64,000 nt of DNA from an uncultured Candidatus Saccharibacteria bacterium (GTDB lineage Bacteria > Patescibacteriota > Minisyncoccia > Phycocordibacterales > UBA1006): positions 119,073 through 183,072 of the forward strand of contig CAYQCC010000001.1 of assembly GCA_964415895.1 (NCBI GenBank), read 5' to 3'. Position 1 is the first letter of the stretch, and each line of letters opens with the position of its first letter. This document shows positions 18,229 to 26,690 of the stretch, piece by piece. Position numbers and translations under genes: made by a program. The notes beneath the pieces were generated by a model that did no database searches, was not told where the DNA came from, and saw nothing but the letters and a program-made list of their open reading frames with translations.

Positions 18229-20123
18229 ATTTTAATGATATCACTTAATCTTTCTTTTCCTAGCACATGTAATTCCGTAATGGCGCGAGTTAGCGCCACG
18301 TATAACAGGTCTTTTTGCATCAGCTTTCGCTCTACAATATGTTCAGGCAAGACATCAAGATGATGCGTAACCTCCAGTGACTTCTGATCCATTCCTACGA
18401 TTACTACCAAGTCAAACTCAACACCTTGTGATTCAAGTATTGTCAGCACATGAATGTTCTTATTGTGCTTGAACTCCTCTTTAAACGGAGTTAAGTGCGA
18501 ATCATGTTTTGATAAAACACCAATGGTTCCGCGCTCGTATTCTGGAATTATTTTTTTAATGTGATCAATTTCTTCTTTAGTTGAACTGTATACTTTTTCT
18601 ACAACAGCTGGACCTTCTTTTAAGCCTTCTGGTATTTCAATTTTATAGCCAAGCGATTGGATAAATGACAAGATATGTTTTGTGTTTCGATAAACTTTAT
18701 TCAATCGAATGTTTCGTTCTGGAATGATGACTTCATTAATCTGGCTCCATTCTTTAATCGTTCCCAGTTTTACCTGCTGTCCAATGTCGCCAACATATAA
18801 TGACGATCGTGTGTTTTCATTAACTGTTTTATTAATAATACGTAATTGCTCTGGGAGATAGTTTTGGAATTCGTCGATGATAATCAATGAATATTGAATA
18901 TCAGTTGTGCGAGTCTTTTCTACTTGTTTCCCTTTTATGAATGTTTGATACGTTTTGCTGATTTCAAATTTCTGATGTTTTTCAAAATAGGAAGCAAGTA
19001 AGATTGTAATATCAAATCGATCAAGAGTATTTTCTAGTTTTTGCTTATTAAACAAGTCTTCATCTGGTTTTGAAAAGTAGTTCTTATACTGTGTGTTTAA
19101 TATTGTATAGACATTTTGGTTCGATGTTGAAATCAAGCCTTCCCGCAAAGCCCTAATTTTGTGATATTCATACAAATCTTTTTCCTCGTCAGTGGTTCCA
19201 TACCGTTCTTGATAAACATATTCATTCAATCCAAGAATTGAAAAAGCCCACTCTGAAAAGGTGGTTATTTGTACATCATGAATTCCAAGTCCCGGAAGCA
19301 GTGTTCCAAAATAGTTTTTCGTTCCAATATCTTGAACAAATACAATAATAGATTTTGGTGGATAAAATTCTGATGTTTCTGGAGCCTGGGTTAAATATGC
19401 GACACGATGGAGTGCAAGTGTTGTTTTACCAGAACCTGCAGGTCCACCAATAACAAGCGGTCCTTTATGACTTGCACGAATTACTTGATCCTGTGCTTTT
19501 TCCATTTGCGCAACGATTTCAGGAAGTGCGAATTCTGATTTTTGTTTTGTAAAATGTTCCTGATAGATTAATTCCCGAGGATTGTCTTGCGATTCAATAG
19601 CAAAGAACAAAATCTTCCCATCAACAATCATGTATTGTTCTTTTTGCTTGATCGTAACAGGTTTTATTTCACCAGTTGGTAATTTGAACGATGTTGCGCC
19701 TGGATTTTCAAACCGAATGGCCGCAATCGGTGCGATCCACGAATAAATGGATTCCTCTGTGAATTCATGTTTTCCAAAAAAATATGTTTTATGTTCGCCT
19801 TCTTCGTTTATAATGTCGCACTTCATAAAATAGGGCGAACTTTCCAGGTGGACTAGTTCCTCTACCCGTGTCTGAGCATTTAATGTTATATGCATTTGCG
19901 CCATCTGATCCTCTGGTGCTAGCTTGCTAAATTGGGCCAGCGTTCTATTGGCAAGAAATCGTACATCACCAAGCTTTTCTTGGATCTTCTTGCGCGTTGA
20001 ATCGATATGAACTTTTACACTATTTAATAATGTTTCCTTATGTAATTCCATAAAAGAGAGATTAATTAGTAAGCTATACCAAGCGTACTGCATATTCATT
20101 TTTCGAGAAAATAAATATAACAC
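18225..20123 (-). CDS. helD: UvrD-family helicase, HelD-like (helicase IV; start possibly 20048)
   Basis: Walker A GGPAGSGKTTLALHRVAYL, DEFQ motif IIIDEFQNY, UvrD_C LLYVALTRAITEL, long N-terminal domain typical of HelD. Confidence 0.7.
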   Translation of the reverse strand: MLYLFSRKMNMQYAWYSLLINLSFMELHKETLLNSVKVHIDSTRKKIQEKLGDVRFLANRTLAQFSKLAPEDQMAQMHITLNAQTRVEELVHLESSPYFMKCDIINEEGEHKTYFFGKHEFTEESIYSWIAPIAAIRFENPGATSFKLPTGEIKPVTIKQKEQYMIVDGKILFFAIESQDNPRELIYQEHFTKQKSEFALPEIVAQMEKAQDQVIRASHKGPLVIGGPAGSGKTTLALHRVAYLTQAPETSEFYPPKSIIVFVQDIGTKNYFGTLLPGLGIHDVQITTFSEWAFSILGLNEYVYQERYGTTDEEKDLYEYHKIRALREGLISTSNQNVYTILNTQYKNYFSKPDEDLFNKQKLENTLDRFDITILLASYFEKHQKFEISKTYQTFIKGKQVEKTRTTDIQYSLIIIDEFQNYLPEQLRIINKTVNENTRSSLYVGDIGQQVKLGTIKEWSQINEVIIPERNIRLNKVYRNTKHILSFIQSLGYKIEIPEGLKEGPAVVEKVYSSTKEEIDHIKKIIPEYERGTIGVLSKHDSHLTPFKEEFKHNKNIHVLTILESQGVEFDLVVIVGMDQKSLEVTHHLDVLPEHIVERKLMQKDLLYVALTRAITELHVLGKERLSDIIKI

Positions 20124-20152
20124 ATATTTTTAAAATTCGCTAGCTCGCTAGC

Positions 20153-21451
20153 CTACACCACATCCCCTAAATACGGAATACATAATTCCTTCCCTGTTTT
20201 CTTTATTTTCTCGAAAAACGACTTCTGACTGTGTGCGTCGCGATACGCTTTATCATCTGCATGATGCGCTTTCATTCCAGATGCAATAAATAGTGTATGT
20301 CTACCGTATTTTTTCGAAATAGAATCAATAGTTTTAAATACGTCTTCGTTATTACGAACAGAATCATGAATTCCAAACATATCTTCCTGAAGATGTTCAA
20401 CATGAATAAGTCGAGTTAAGTTAATGCCAGTGCTTCGATAGACTCGCCCTTTTGTATTAGTTGTATCAAACTGTTCTTTCAAATGGTTAATAATCACGCT
20501 TGGTGAATAGGTCGGCGTATCCAAGACAAATTCATTTGATTGATATCGCCGTTCTTTTGTTTTTAAAAACCACGATACACGATATGCCATTAGTCCATGA
20601 CGACGAGCTTTGATACATGCATTTTCAACATTACGAACTAATTCTGAAAATAACTCATTCCGGTCAGTTTTGTGCGGAATAAAACTTAATGTTTTCATAA
20701 TCGATTTTTGCGCTTCATGCTCAAGATTTACAGGAAACATCATTCGTCCATTCAATTCGTTCCAAATTTCAATCAATGGTTTATCGGCAAACTCGAAGAG
20801 TTTTTTCTCGGAAACCGCAGCAAACTTTCCAGCTGTATCGTATTCCATAAACTTTAGTTTTTCTGCTGTCCGATAACCAATACCCCAAATGTCACCAACA
20901 GGAATTTGTGATAGTGATTCGTGAATTAATTCCAGAGGAATAAGAGTCGTTCCATGTGGTTTTTTCCATTTCGAAGCAGTTTTTGCAATAACTTTTGTCG
21001 GGCCAACGCCAATCGATACTGAAATATTCATTTCCACATCGATATCATGTTGAATGTTTTTAATAATTTCCTCATACGTCATATTGTTTACTGCGCGATA
21101 TTTTGTAATGTCTGCAAAACATTCATCGATACTATATTCCTCGACTAAATCACTATAACGTCTAACAATTGCAAACATGCGCTTTGAATACATGGCATAT
21201 GCCTCGTAATCAGAATGAACAACTACCACCTGTGGAAATTCTTTTTTAATTTTAAATATAGGCATGGCTCGATTAACACCCAGACGTTTTGCTTCATACG
21301 ACATAGATGTTGCAATGCCTCGTTCATGTCCTGTTACCACTGGTTTGCCGCGAAGTTTTGGATTTTTCGCCGCTTCCACGGACGCAAAAAATGCATCAGC
21401 GTCTAGATGCATAATAGCCTGCGGGAATGATGTTTCGTCATAATCTTTCAT
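20153..21451 (-). CDS. dinB: Y-family DNA polymerase IV
   Basis: LDADAFFASVE catalytic N-terminus, Y-family palm/fingers; 4-nt overlap with lexA. Confidence 0.85.
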   Translation of the reverse strand: MKDYDETSFPQAIMHLDADAFFASVEAAKNPKLRGKPVVTGHERGIATSMSYEAKRLGVNRAMPIFKIKKEFPQVVVVHSDYEAYAMYSKRMFAIVRRYSDLVEEYSIDECFADITKYRAVNNMTYEEIIKNIQHDIDVEMNISVSIGVGPTKVIAKTASKWKKPHGTTLIPLELIHESLSQIPVGDIWGIGYRTAEKLKFMEYDTAGKFAAVSEKKLFEFADKPLIEIWNELNGRMMFPVNLEHEAQKSIMKTLSFIPHKTDRNELFSELVRNVENACIKARRHGLMAYRVSWFLKTKERRYQSNEFVLDTPTYSPSVIINHLKEQFDTTNTKGRVYRSTGINLTRLIHVEHLQEDMFGIHDSVRNNEDVFKTIDSISKKYGRHTLFIASGMKAHHADDKAYRDAHSQKSFFEKIKKTGKELCIPYLGDVV

Positions 21452-22014
21452 GATTGATATTTACGAATGACTGCAATAACAACACCTTGAACACGTAATG
21501 ATTCTGTCGGATAAATATTATTGAAATCCTTGTTCGCTGGCTCTAGGTAGAATTCATTATTTTCTTTTCGTAAGTATTTCAATGTATATTCACCATCAAC
21601 TTCTGCCACAACAATAGTTCCGACCTTTGCGTTTTCTTTCCGTTCAATTAGCACCATGTCACCATCCAATATTCCCGCATCTTTCATAGATTCTCCTTTG
21701 ACTGACAACATGTACGTTGCTTCCTTATGATCGATCAATAATTCATCAAGCGACAGAGTGTTTGACGCATCCTCATCTGCAATCGTCGGAAAACCTGCTT
21801 CCACTGTTCCTAATAATTTAATATTTGAGAATGTTGGTCCTGGAACAATTTTACCCATATCACGCGAAAGAAACCCATCCGCGATGAGTTTTTCAACGAA
21901 ATACAATACTCCACCTTTTGATGCGTAACCTAATAAATCCTGCATTTCCCGATAGGTCGGCAAACGCTTATGATTTCTATAGAATTTTCTGATATCGAAT
22001 TTCGCAGTTTCCAT
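21448..22014 (-). CDS. lexA: LexA repressor (S24 peptidase); ATG at 22014, ORF-track TTG at 22053
   Basis: N-terminal wHTH, C-terminal S24 GESMKDAGILDGDMVLIE...KYL with Ser/Lys dyad context. Confidence 0.85.
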   Translation of the reverse strand: METAKFDIRKFYRNHKRLPTYREMQDLLGYASKGGVLYFVEKLIADGFLSRDMGKIVPGPTFSNIKLLGTVEAGFPTIADEDASNTLSLDELLIDHKEATYMLSVKGESMKDAGILDGDMVLIERKENAKVGTIVVAEVDGEYTLKYLRKENNEFYLEPANKDFNNIYPTESLRVQGVVIAVIRKYQS

Positions 22015-22027
22015 GCATACAGTATAT

Positions 22028-22044
22028 TCGTACGGACGTACGGA
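22028..22044. promoter_or_regulatory. Candidate LexA operator tcGTACggacGTACgga (GTAC-N4-GTAC)
   Basis: Palindromic dyad 15-30 bp upstream of lexA ATG; resembles GTAC/GAAC-N4-GTWC LexA boxes of some non-proteobacterial phyla. Confidence 0.35.
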
Positions 22045-22054
22045 GTCAAGCAAA

Positions 22055-22642
22055 TTAGATAAGATTCTTTAACGCAAATTCTTCATCGGTATATTCACCG
22101 TATATTGACCCTGATTCAAGTTCACTTGTCAGCTTTTTCAACTCTGAATCATCCAAAATGTGCAGATTCATTTCATTGGCAACATTCCTGATTTCTTCTT
22201 CTGCCTTCCCTTTCTGGCTTTCTGACTCAACCATAATTTCAAGTTCTACGTGAAAGCCCCATGATTGGGTGTATTTCAATGCGATTTCAACATTCTTATA
22301 AAGATAGTTCGTTCGGAACTGGAACGCTCTCATGATCTTTTCTGGCACTAACTGTTCACAAAACTTCTTTGATGTTTCAAACATTTCTGGATCAATTTTA
22401 AGTTCTGTTTCCTCGAAATGACTTTGTTCTCCGATACGTCCTGGTTTCAAAACCATTTTTGTTGCCATCGTTCCAGCGTTCTGAACAATCTTAATCACTT
22501 TGTCATTCCAAATATAAAAGAACGTATCTTTGTTGTCATTACCAAGAAGCTCCGCATATTCTTTTAGGAATGATTGTAGCGTTAAGAATTCCGCCTCTGT
22601 TAATAGTGCGCGGTATTCAATTTCGATTGTTTTTTGGTTCAT
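22055..22642 (-). CDS. CYTH-like (triphosphate tunnel metalloenzyme) domain protein
   Basis: N-terminal IEIEYRAL (ExExK-like) and acidic strands ELEIMVE typical of CYTH; 195 aa. Confidence 0.4.
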   Translation of the reverse strand: MNQKTIEIEYRALLTEAEFLTLQSFLKEYAELLGNDNKDTFFYIWNDKVIKIVQNAGTMATKMVLKPGRIGEQSHFEETELKIDPEMFETSKKFCEQLVPEKIMRAFQFRTNYLYKNVEIALKYTQSWGFHVELEIMVESESQKGKAEEEIRNVANEMNLHILDDSELKKLTSELESGSIYGEYTDEEFALKNLI

Positions 22643-22659
22643 ATGTTTAGTAATTTTTG

Positions 22660-23406
22660 TTAATTTCCTACAAAATACTTCCCTTTCCAGTCTTCTGTGA
22701 TGTTACTAAATCCACTGTTTGCAAATAACTCTTTTATTTTGATGAATATCTTTTCTTGAGTTTTAATATCACCAGTCGTCAAAATTGTTTTATAGTCTGC
22801 AATAAATTCATCAACATTCCATGGAAGCATTTTCAACGGATGATTGCGCAATTCCCATTCAAAATATTTATTATACGGTTTTACTCGTCCTTCAAGTGCG
22901 TACAACGCATCCATTAAATACGGCAGCGATTCACTCGCATCAATATGTGCAGGAAAATCATTGCCATCACGCCAATATTTTGCCGAACGATATACAGAAT
23001 TAATATAACTATCCAATGCGTTCTCAATAAACCCTTTCTTTTCTGCTTCTGGTAGGTTTCCCTTTTCAGCAACTAATTTCTGTATATCACCCGTTTTATC
23101 AAGAATCGCTTTATTATGCGTGTAGTTATATCGATCCCAAGCAAATTGAGTTTCCCAAACTGCATGATCTTGGAATTCCTGTAGAGTTTTTGCCCACACT
23201 TCAAATGTATCTGATTCAAGCGATTTAATCTTGTCTTTGATTTCCTGTGAGGCATTATCCGTCACAATAACAATAACATCATAATCTGAGTTTTCTGTGA
23301 TGAACGATTCATCTTTTCCACGTGAACCACCAAGAACAATGCCGATGATTTCAGGATTTTCTTGTGCTTCTGTAAGAAGTTGTGCGTATGTTTGGTCTGA
23401 GTTCAT
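22660..23406 (-). CDS. Nucleotidyltransferase, aminoglycoside 6-adenylyltransferase (ANT(6)/AadK)-like
   Basis: Pol-beta NTase motif IVLGGSRGKDESFITENSDYDVIVIV plus helical C-domain, architecture like AadK. Confidence 0.5.
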   Translation of the reverse strand: MNSDQTYAQLLTEAQENPEIIGIVLGGSRGKDESFITENSDYDVIVIVTDNASQEIKDKIKSLESDTFEVWAKTLQEFQDHAVWETQFAWDRYNYTHNKAILDKTGDIQKLVAEKGNLPEAEKKGFIENALDSYINSVYRSAKYWRDGNDFPAHIDASESLPYLMDALYALEGRVKPYNKYFEWELRNHPLKMLPWNVDEFIADYKTILTTGDIKTQEKIFIKIKELFANSGFSNITEDWKGKYFVGN

Positions 23407-23416
23407 AAAATAATTA

Positions 23417-24307
23417 CTATTCGATTGGTGCCAAGAAAGATATTTTTCTTATTGGTAATAAAACCTTATCTTCATCTGTTAGATTAGCGTAATGCTGCTC
23501 CCAAAGATTAATGAAGTCATCTAGGTCAATTTTTTCTATATGTTTTCCTGATTCACGAATTGAAGTTAGCGAGTCAGAAGTAAAGCCTCCGCTTGAAACG
23601 ATGACACCTATATAACCTTCGCGATGAAGATTACCACCCAATGATTTTACTTCTGGACTTGAAACTTTATTTTCAACTCTATGTTTAACTTGAATCCTAA
23701 TTCTAGGAGACTCTGCGCCGATAGGGTCTTTATAGGCAACAACATCAATCCCGCCATCTGGTCCGCGAGGAGCGACAAACGGAGTATAGTATCCCATTCC
23801 TCGAAAAAGAGCGGCTACTAAATCTTGAAATTCATAAGGATTTAGTCTTGTAATAAATTTCTTAATTTCGTCACGCGCATCTGCTTCGGCCTGCTCAAAA
23901 CTTCTTCCTTGTACATTTTCAGATACAACTTCATTAATCGCTTCATCAGTTATTACTCCATCATTCCTTGTTGCACTCATTGAATCTTTATATCTTTGCT
24001 CTAGGATTTCTCGAAATTTCTTAGGTTCGAGCTTTAATGCCTCTTTCCCTTCGTCGGTAAGATACCAAATACCTTTGCTTTTCCGGATCCATGCAGCCCT
24101 TACTAAACCAATAGAAGCGAATTGAAAAACCTTGACCCATCGAGGAGCCACTCCATCCTTTATTTCCTTTTCTTCATGAGAGAAGGAAATCTTATTTTCT
24201 AGTTCCTTTAAGATCTGCTTTACTGGTAACTCACCTTCATTCTTATCAAGAATTTGAAGAGCTGCTATTAAATATTCTTTTACCCGATCTTGTGTAAATT
24301 GTGCCAT
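23417..24307 (-). CDS. Mrr-like type IV restriction endonuclease (Mrr_N winged helix + Mrr_cat PD-(D/E)xK)
   Basis: C-domain PDGGIDVVAY...IRIQVKHR...GVIVSSGGFTSDS matches Mrr catalytic core. Confidence 0.6.
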   Translation of the reverse strand: MAQFTQDRVKEYLIAALQILDKNEGELPVKQILKELENKISFSHEEKEIKDGVAPRWVKVFQFASIGLVRAAWIRKSKGIWYLTDEGKEALKLEPKKFREILEQRYKDSMSATRNDGVITDEAINEVVSENVQGRSFEQAEADARDEIKKFITRLNPYEFQDLVAALFRGMGYYTPFVAPRGPDGGIDVVAYKDPIGAESPRIRIQVKHRVENKVSSPEVKSLGGNLHREGYIGVIVSSGGFTSDSLTSIRESGKHIEKIDLDDFINLWEQHYANLTDEDKVLLPIRKISFLAPIE

Positions 24308-24335
24308 ATTATTATATTATACTATTAATAAGGCA

Positions 24336-24362
24336 ATTACAAAAATACCCGTAAAAGGGTAT
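24336..24362. terminator. Bidirectional terminator aaaaataccc-gtaaaa-gggtattttt
   Basis: Perfect 10-bp IR flanked by A/T runs. Confidence 0.55.
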
Positions 24363-24510
24363 TTTTGTTGCGGGCACTTAAAAACTATTAACGTAAATTC
24401 ATCGCGTTGAATCAGCGGATTCGTAAGTCTGTCATAAGCGCTTATTATTGTTGACGTTCAGTCAGACAGCACTTCTTATTTTTTCTGAGCTTGATATGAC
24501 GAAGAAGATC

Positions 24511-24559
24511 GATGAAATACAATAAAACCGCTTATTCGGCGGTTTTATTGTATTTCATC
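24511..24559. terminator. 21-bp perfect inverted repeat (gatgaaatacaataaaaccgc / gcggttttattgtatttcatc) with 7-nt loop, overlapping 3' end of gene 24545..24847
   Basis: Seen directly. Confidence 0.5.
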
Positions 24560-24847
24560 TTTTTGTTCTATTTTTAAATATTCATTTTCATCTTCAGATT
24601 CTCCGTCTTTGTTCCGTGCTTCACGTTCCATAATAATTGTTATAATGTTGTCTTTTTTTCCAAGAAGTGCAAGTGGCAAGAATATACAACCTAAGCAACA
24701 GGTAGATCCTGTAGACCATCCTTGGTGTGAGACTTCCTTGCTTTTCAGCTCCCAGCCTTCTTCTGCAAGACGGTCGAGTTCAGATGCCAGTTTTTTGCGA
24801 CCCTGAGCCGTGTCATAAAAATTAAATGTTTTATATTCTTTTGCCAT
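24545..24847 (-). CDS. Hypothetical protein with central TM segment (100 aa)
   Basis: ORF ending inside strong hairpin. Confidence 0.4.
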   Translation of the reverse strand: MAKEYKTFNFYDTAQGRKKLASELDRLAEEGWELKSKEVSHQGWSTGSTCCLGCIFLPLALLGKKDNIITIIMEREARNKDGESEDENEYLKIEQKDEIQ

Positions 24848-24854
24848 ATAATAG

Positions 24855-25085
24855 TTAGTGCTTAATTAATACTTTTCTCGACTTATAATATGCATTGACA
24901 GGGTTGCAGCTAAGGAGTCGATACACGACCATAACCAACGCTTTCGGTAGCCAGTATTTACTGAGGACATTGAGTGCGTAATTCGAACAGCTTGGATGAA
25001 ATATACATTTAATGCCTTGATCTTGCAATGCTGGAGACCATTCACGCTGATATTTTTTAATAAGGTTTATAATGCTTAATTTCAT
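24855..25085 (-). CDS. yidD: Membrane protein insertion efficiency factor YidD
   Basis: YQ..SP....C.F.PSCS.YA......G..........RL.SCNP matches YidD Cys-pattern. Confidence 0.6.
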   Translation of the reverse strand: MKLSIINLIKKYQREWSPALQDQGIKCIFHPSCSNYALNVLSKYWLPKALVMVVYRLLSCNPVNAYYKSRKVLIKH

Positions 25086-25106
25086 GGTTATTAAAAGAAA
25101 TACTAC

Positions 25107-25180
25107 TGGCTGTCAGACTTGGACTCGAACCAAGATAAACGGCACCAAAAACCGTTGTCCTACCATTAGACGATCTGACA
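25107..25180 (-). tRNA. tRNA-Gln (anticodon UUG), CCA encoded
   Basis: Cloverleaf hand-folded: acceptor TGTCAGA/TCTGACA, D-arm GTCT/GGAC, anticodon stem ACGGT/GCCGT loop TTTTGGT, T-arm CTTGG-TTCGAGT-CCAAG. Confidence 0.8.
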
Positions 25181-25203
25181 ATATTAAATGCCCCGAAAGG
25201 CCT

Positions 25204-26241
25204 TTAATGATTGGTATTATTACTTAAAATCTCGATAATTGCAAGTTCGGCTGGGATCGCGGGAATGGTCGAACGTTTAGATTCCTCGTAGGCTCGCAGG
25301 AAACGTGCAAGTAAATCCGACGTTACAACGCCCTGTGATGACCAAGCCTCTATCGTTGCAACATGCTCATCGGACAAATCGTCCTGTGCAGCCTTCCACA
25401 ACCTTGGTGCATGGCGGACATACAACACTGTTCGCATAATTTGAAGTAATTTGTTTAAAAATTCTGACAGATTCTTTCCGTCACCTGAAACTGTGTTTAA
25501 AGTTTGAAACAACTTATCAGAATCATATGCCGCAAGCGCTGTGACAAACTCAAACGCAAGATAATCTGAGGCACGAAGTCCTAGTCTTTGAATATCTGCA
25601 TCACCAATATCATGCCCAGTTGATTGTTCCAAGACTTGATCAAGTAATACTAACGCATCGCGAAACGAACCATTTGCACGTTCTGCAAGTAATAATGCAT
25701 GTTCACGAGAAATTGATTTTTCTTCCAGATTTCCAATATCAATAATCTGATCTGCTAGCACATTTGTAGATGGCTTTTTTAAATACACAATCTGACACCG
25801 TGACAATACTGTCGGAAGAACTTTATTCAGTTCTGTTGTCGCAAGGACAAAGATCACATGTCGTGGTGGCTCTTCAAGAGTTTTCAAAAATGTATTGAAT
25901 GATTCATTGGTCAGCATGTGAACCTCATCCAAGATATACAATTTGTAAGGTGATGAAATTGGAAGTGTTAGGACATCATTCAACAGCTCTCGCATGTTTT
26001 CTACCTTTCGATATGACGCGGCGTCAATTTCATAGATATCGTGCGCATCAATTCCAAGAGATTTCCCAAAGATTCGCGCAAGGGTTGTTTTTCCAATTCC
26101 GCGCGATCCAGTTAGTAAGATTGCGTGCGGTACACGTCCAGATTGTGCGATAGATTCCAAATAAGAAACAGCGTCAGATTGTCCGCGAACATCAGCAAAG
26201 CTTGCTGGTCGGTATTTTCGGTAAAGTGCGAGATGTGACAT
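25204..26241 (-). CDS. dnaX: DNA polymerase III subunit gamma/tau (short form)
   Basis: LYRKYRP...GQ...LLTGSRGIGKTTLARIF, clamp-loader AAA+ motifs; ORF-track 5' extension (to 26343) ignored. Confidence 0.85.
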   Translation of the reverse strand: MSHLALYRKYRPASFADVRGQSDAVSYLESIAQSGRVPHAILLTGSRGIGKTTLARIFGKSLGIDAHDIYEIDAASYRKVENMRELLNDVLTLPISSPYKLYILDEVHMLTNESFNTFLKTLEEPPRHVIFVLATTELNKVLPTVLSRCQIVYLKKPSTNVLADQIIDIGNLEEKSISREHALLLAERANGSFRDALVLLDQVLEQSTGHDIGDADIQRLGLRASDYLAFEFVTALAAYDSDKLFQTLNTVSGDGKNLSEFLNKLLQIMRTVLYVRHAPRLWKAAQDDLSDEHVATIEAWSSQGVVTSDLLARFLRAYEESKRSTIPAIPAELAIIEILSNNTNH

Positions 26242-26296
26242 ATAACGGCAATTATAACAGATTCCAAGTAATAAAAAAGCCTCTACAAAGTGAGGT

Positions 26297-26329
26297 AAAC
26301 CCGCACACCCAGCAGCTGGGTGTGCGGGT
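26297..26329. repeat. Near-perfect 15-bp-stem palindrome acccgcacacccagc/gctgggtgtgcgggt in dnaX leader
   Basis: Seen directly; a degenerate copy of the half-site occurs again at 27826-27843. Confidence 0.6.
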
Positions 26330-26519
26330 AAATAAAAAACCAATCTTTAAAAAAAGAAAGGCGTCTTAGTGTGGTTTAAAAATCAAACCACTTTGTGAGG
26401 AAGTTATATTTGATTGAAGAACTCTCCTACCCACATAATACCAAATACGAGCAATAACAGCAACAATCTGGCAGGAAACTGTGGATAACTTCAGCGTTTA
26501 TTTATAAGCCTGGAAACAA

Positions 26520-26690
26520 AAAAAGTATTAGAAGGGTTTAATTTCCAATACTCTTTAGAAAAGTCTGCCGACAATTAACATTTCTGAGGTCTGTCGCATG
26601 TGAGAATAATACTGATGACGACCTTGTGGTACACAGACACTGTATGCTTAAAAAACATATTTTCTTACAGGCAGTCTATCACACCATTAC
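26520..26690 (-). ncRNA. Candidate small transcript: TTGACA-17-TAGACT promoter (26690-26660) to hairpin+T7 terminator (26560-26521)
   Basis: Promoter-like and intrinsic-terminator-like elements bracket about 130 nt in the 445-bp gap upstream of dnaX; could encode a 27-aa peptide or an sRNA. Confidence 0.25.

Noticed and set aside
22012-22030. E. coli-type SOS box (CTGT-N8-ACAG) near ACAGTATATTCGTAC
   Set aside because: Only the ACAG half is present; the GTAC-N4-GTAC dyad immediately adjacent is the better candidate
22660-23406. Calling the NTase an aminoglycoside-resistance gene (aadK)
   Set aside because: Only the fold and motif are recognisable; no resistance-cassette context, so function left as NTase family
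25204-26343. ORF-track N-terminal extensions (dnaX to 26343, dusB to 27862, mreB to 54934, rpsU to 61638, ftsQ-like to 29303, and others)
   Set aside because: Extensions are non-homologous, run through palindromes or terminators or overlap neighbouring genes; internal Met starts restore canonical N-termini
26441-26480. CUGGCAGG motif as evidence for SRP RNA
   Set aside because: Could not find the GNRA tetraloop with AGCAGC/CAGG domain-IV loops around it; kept only as a positional candidate
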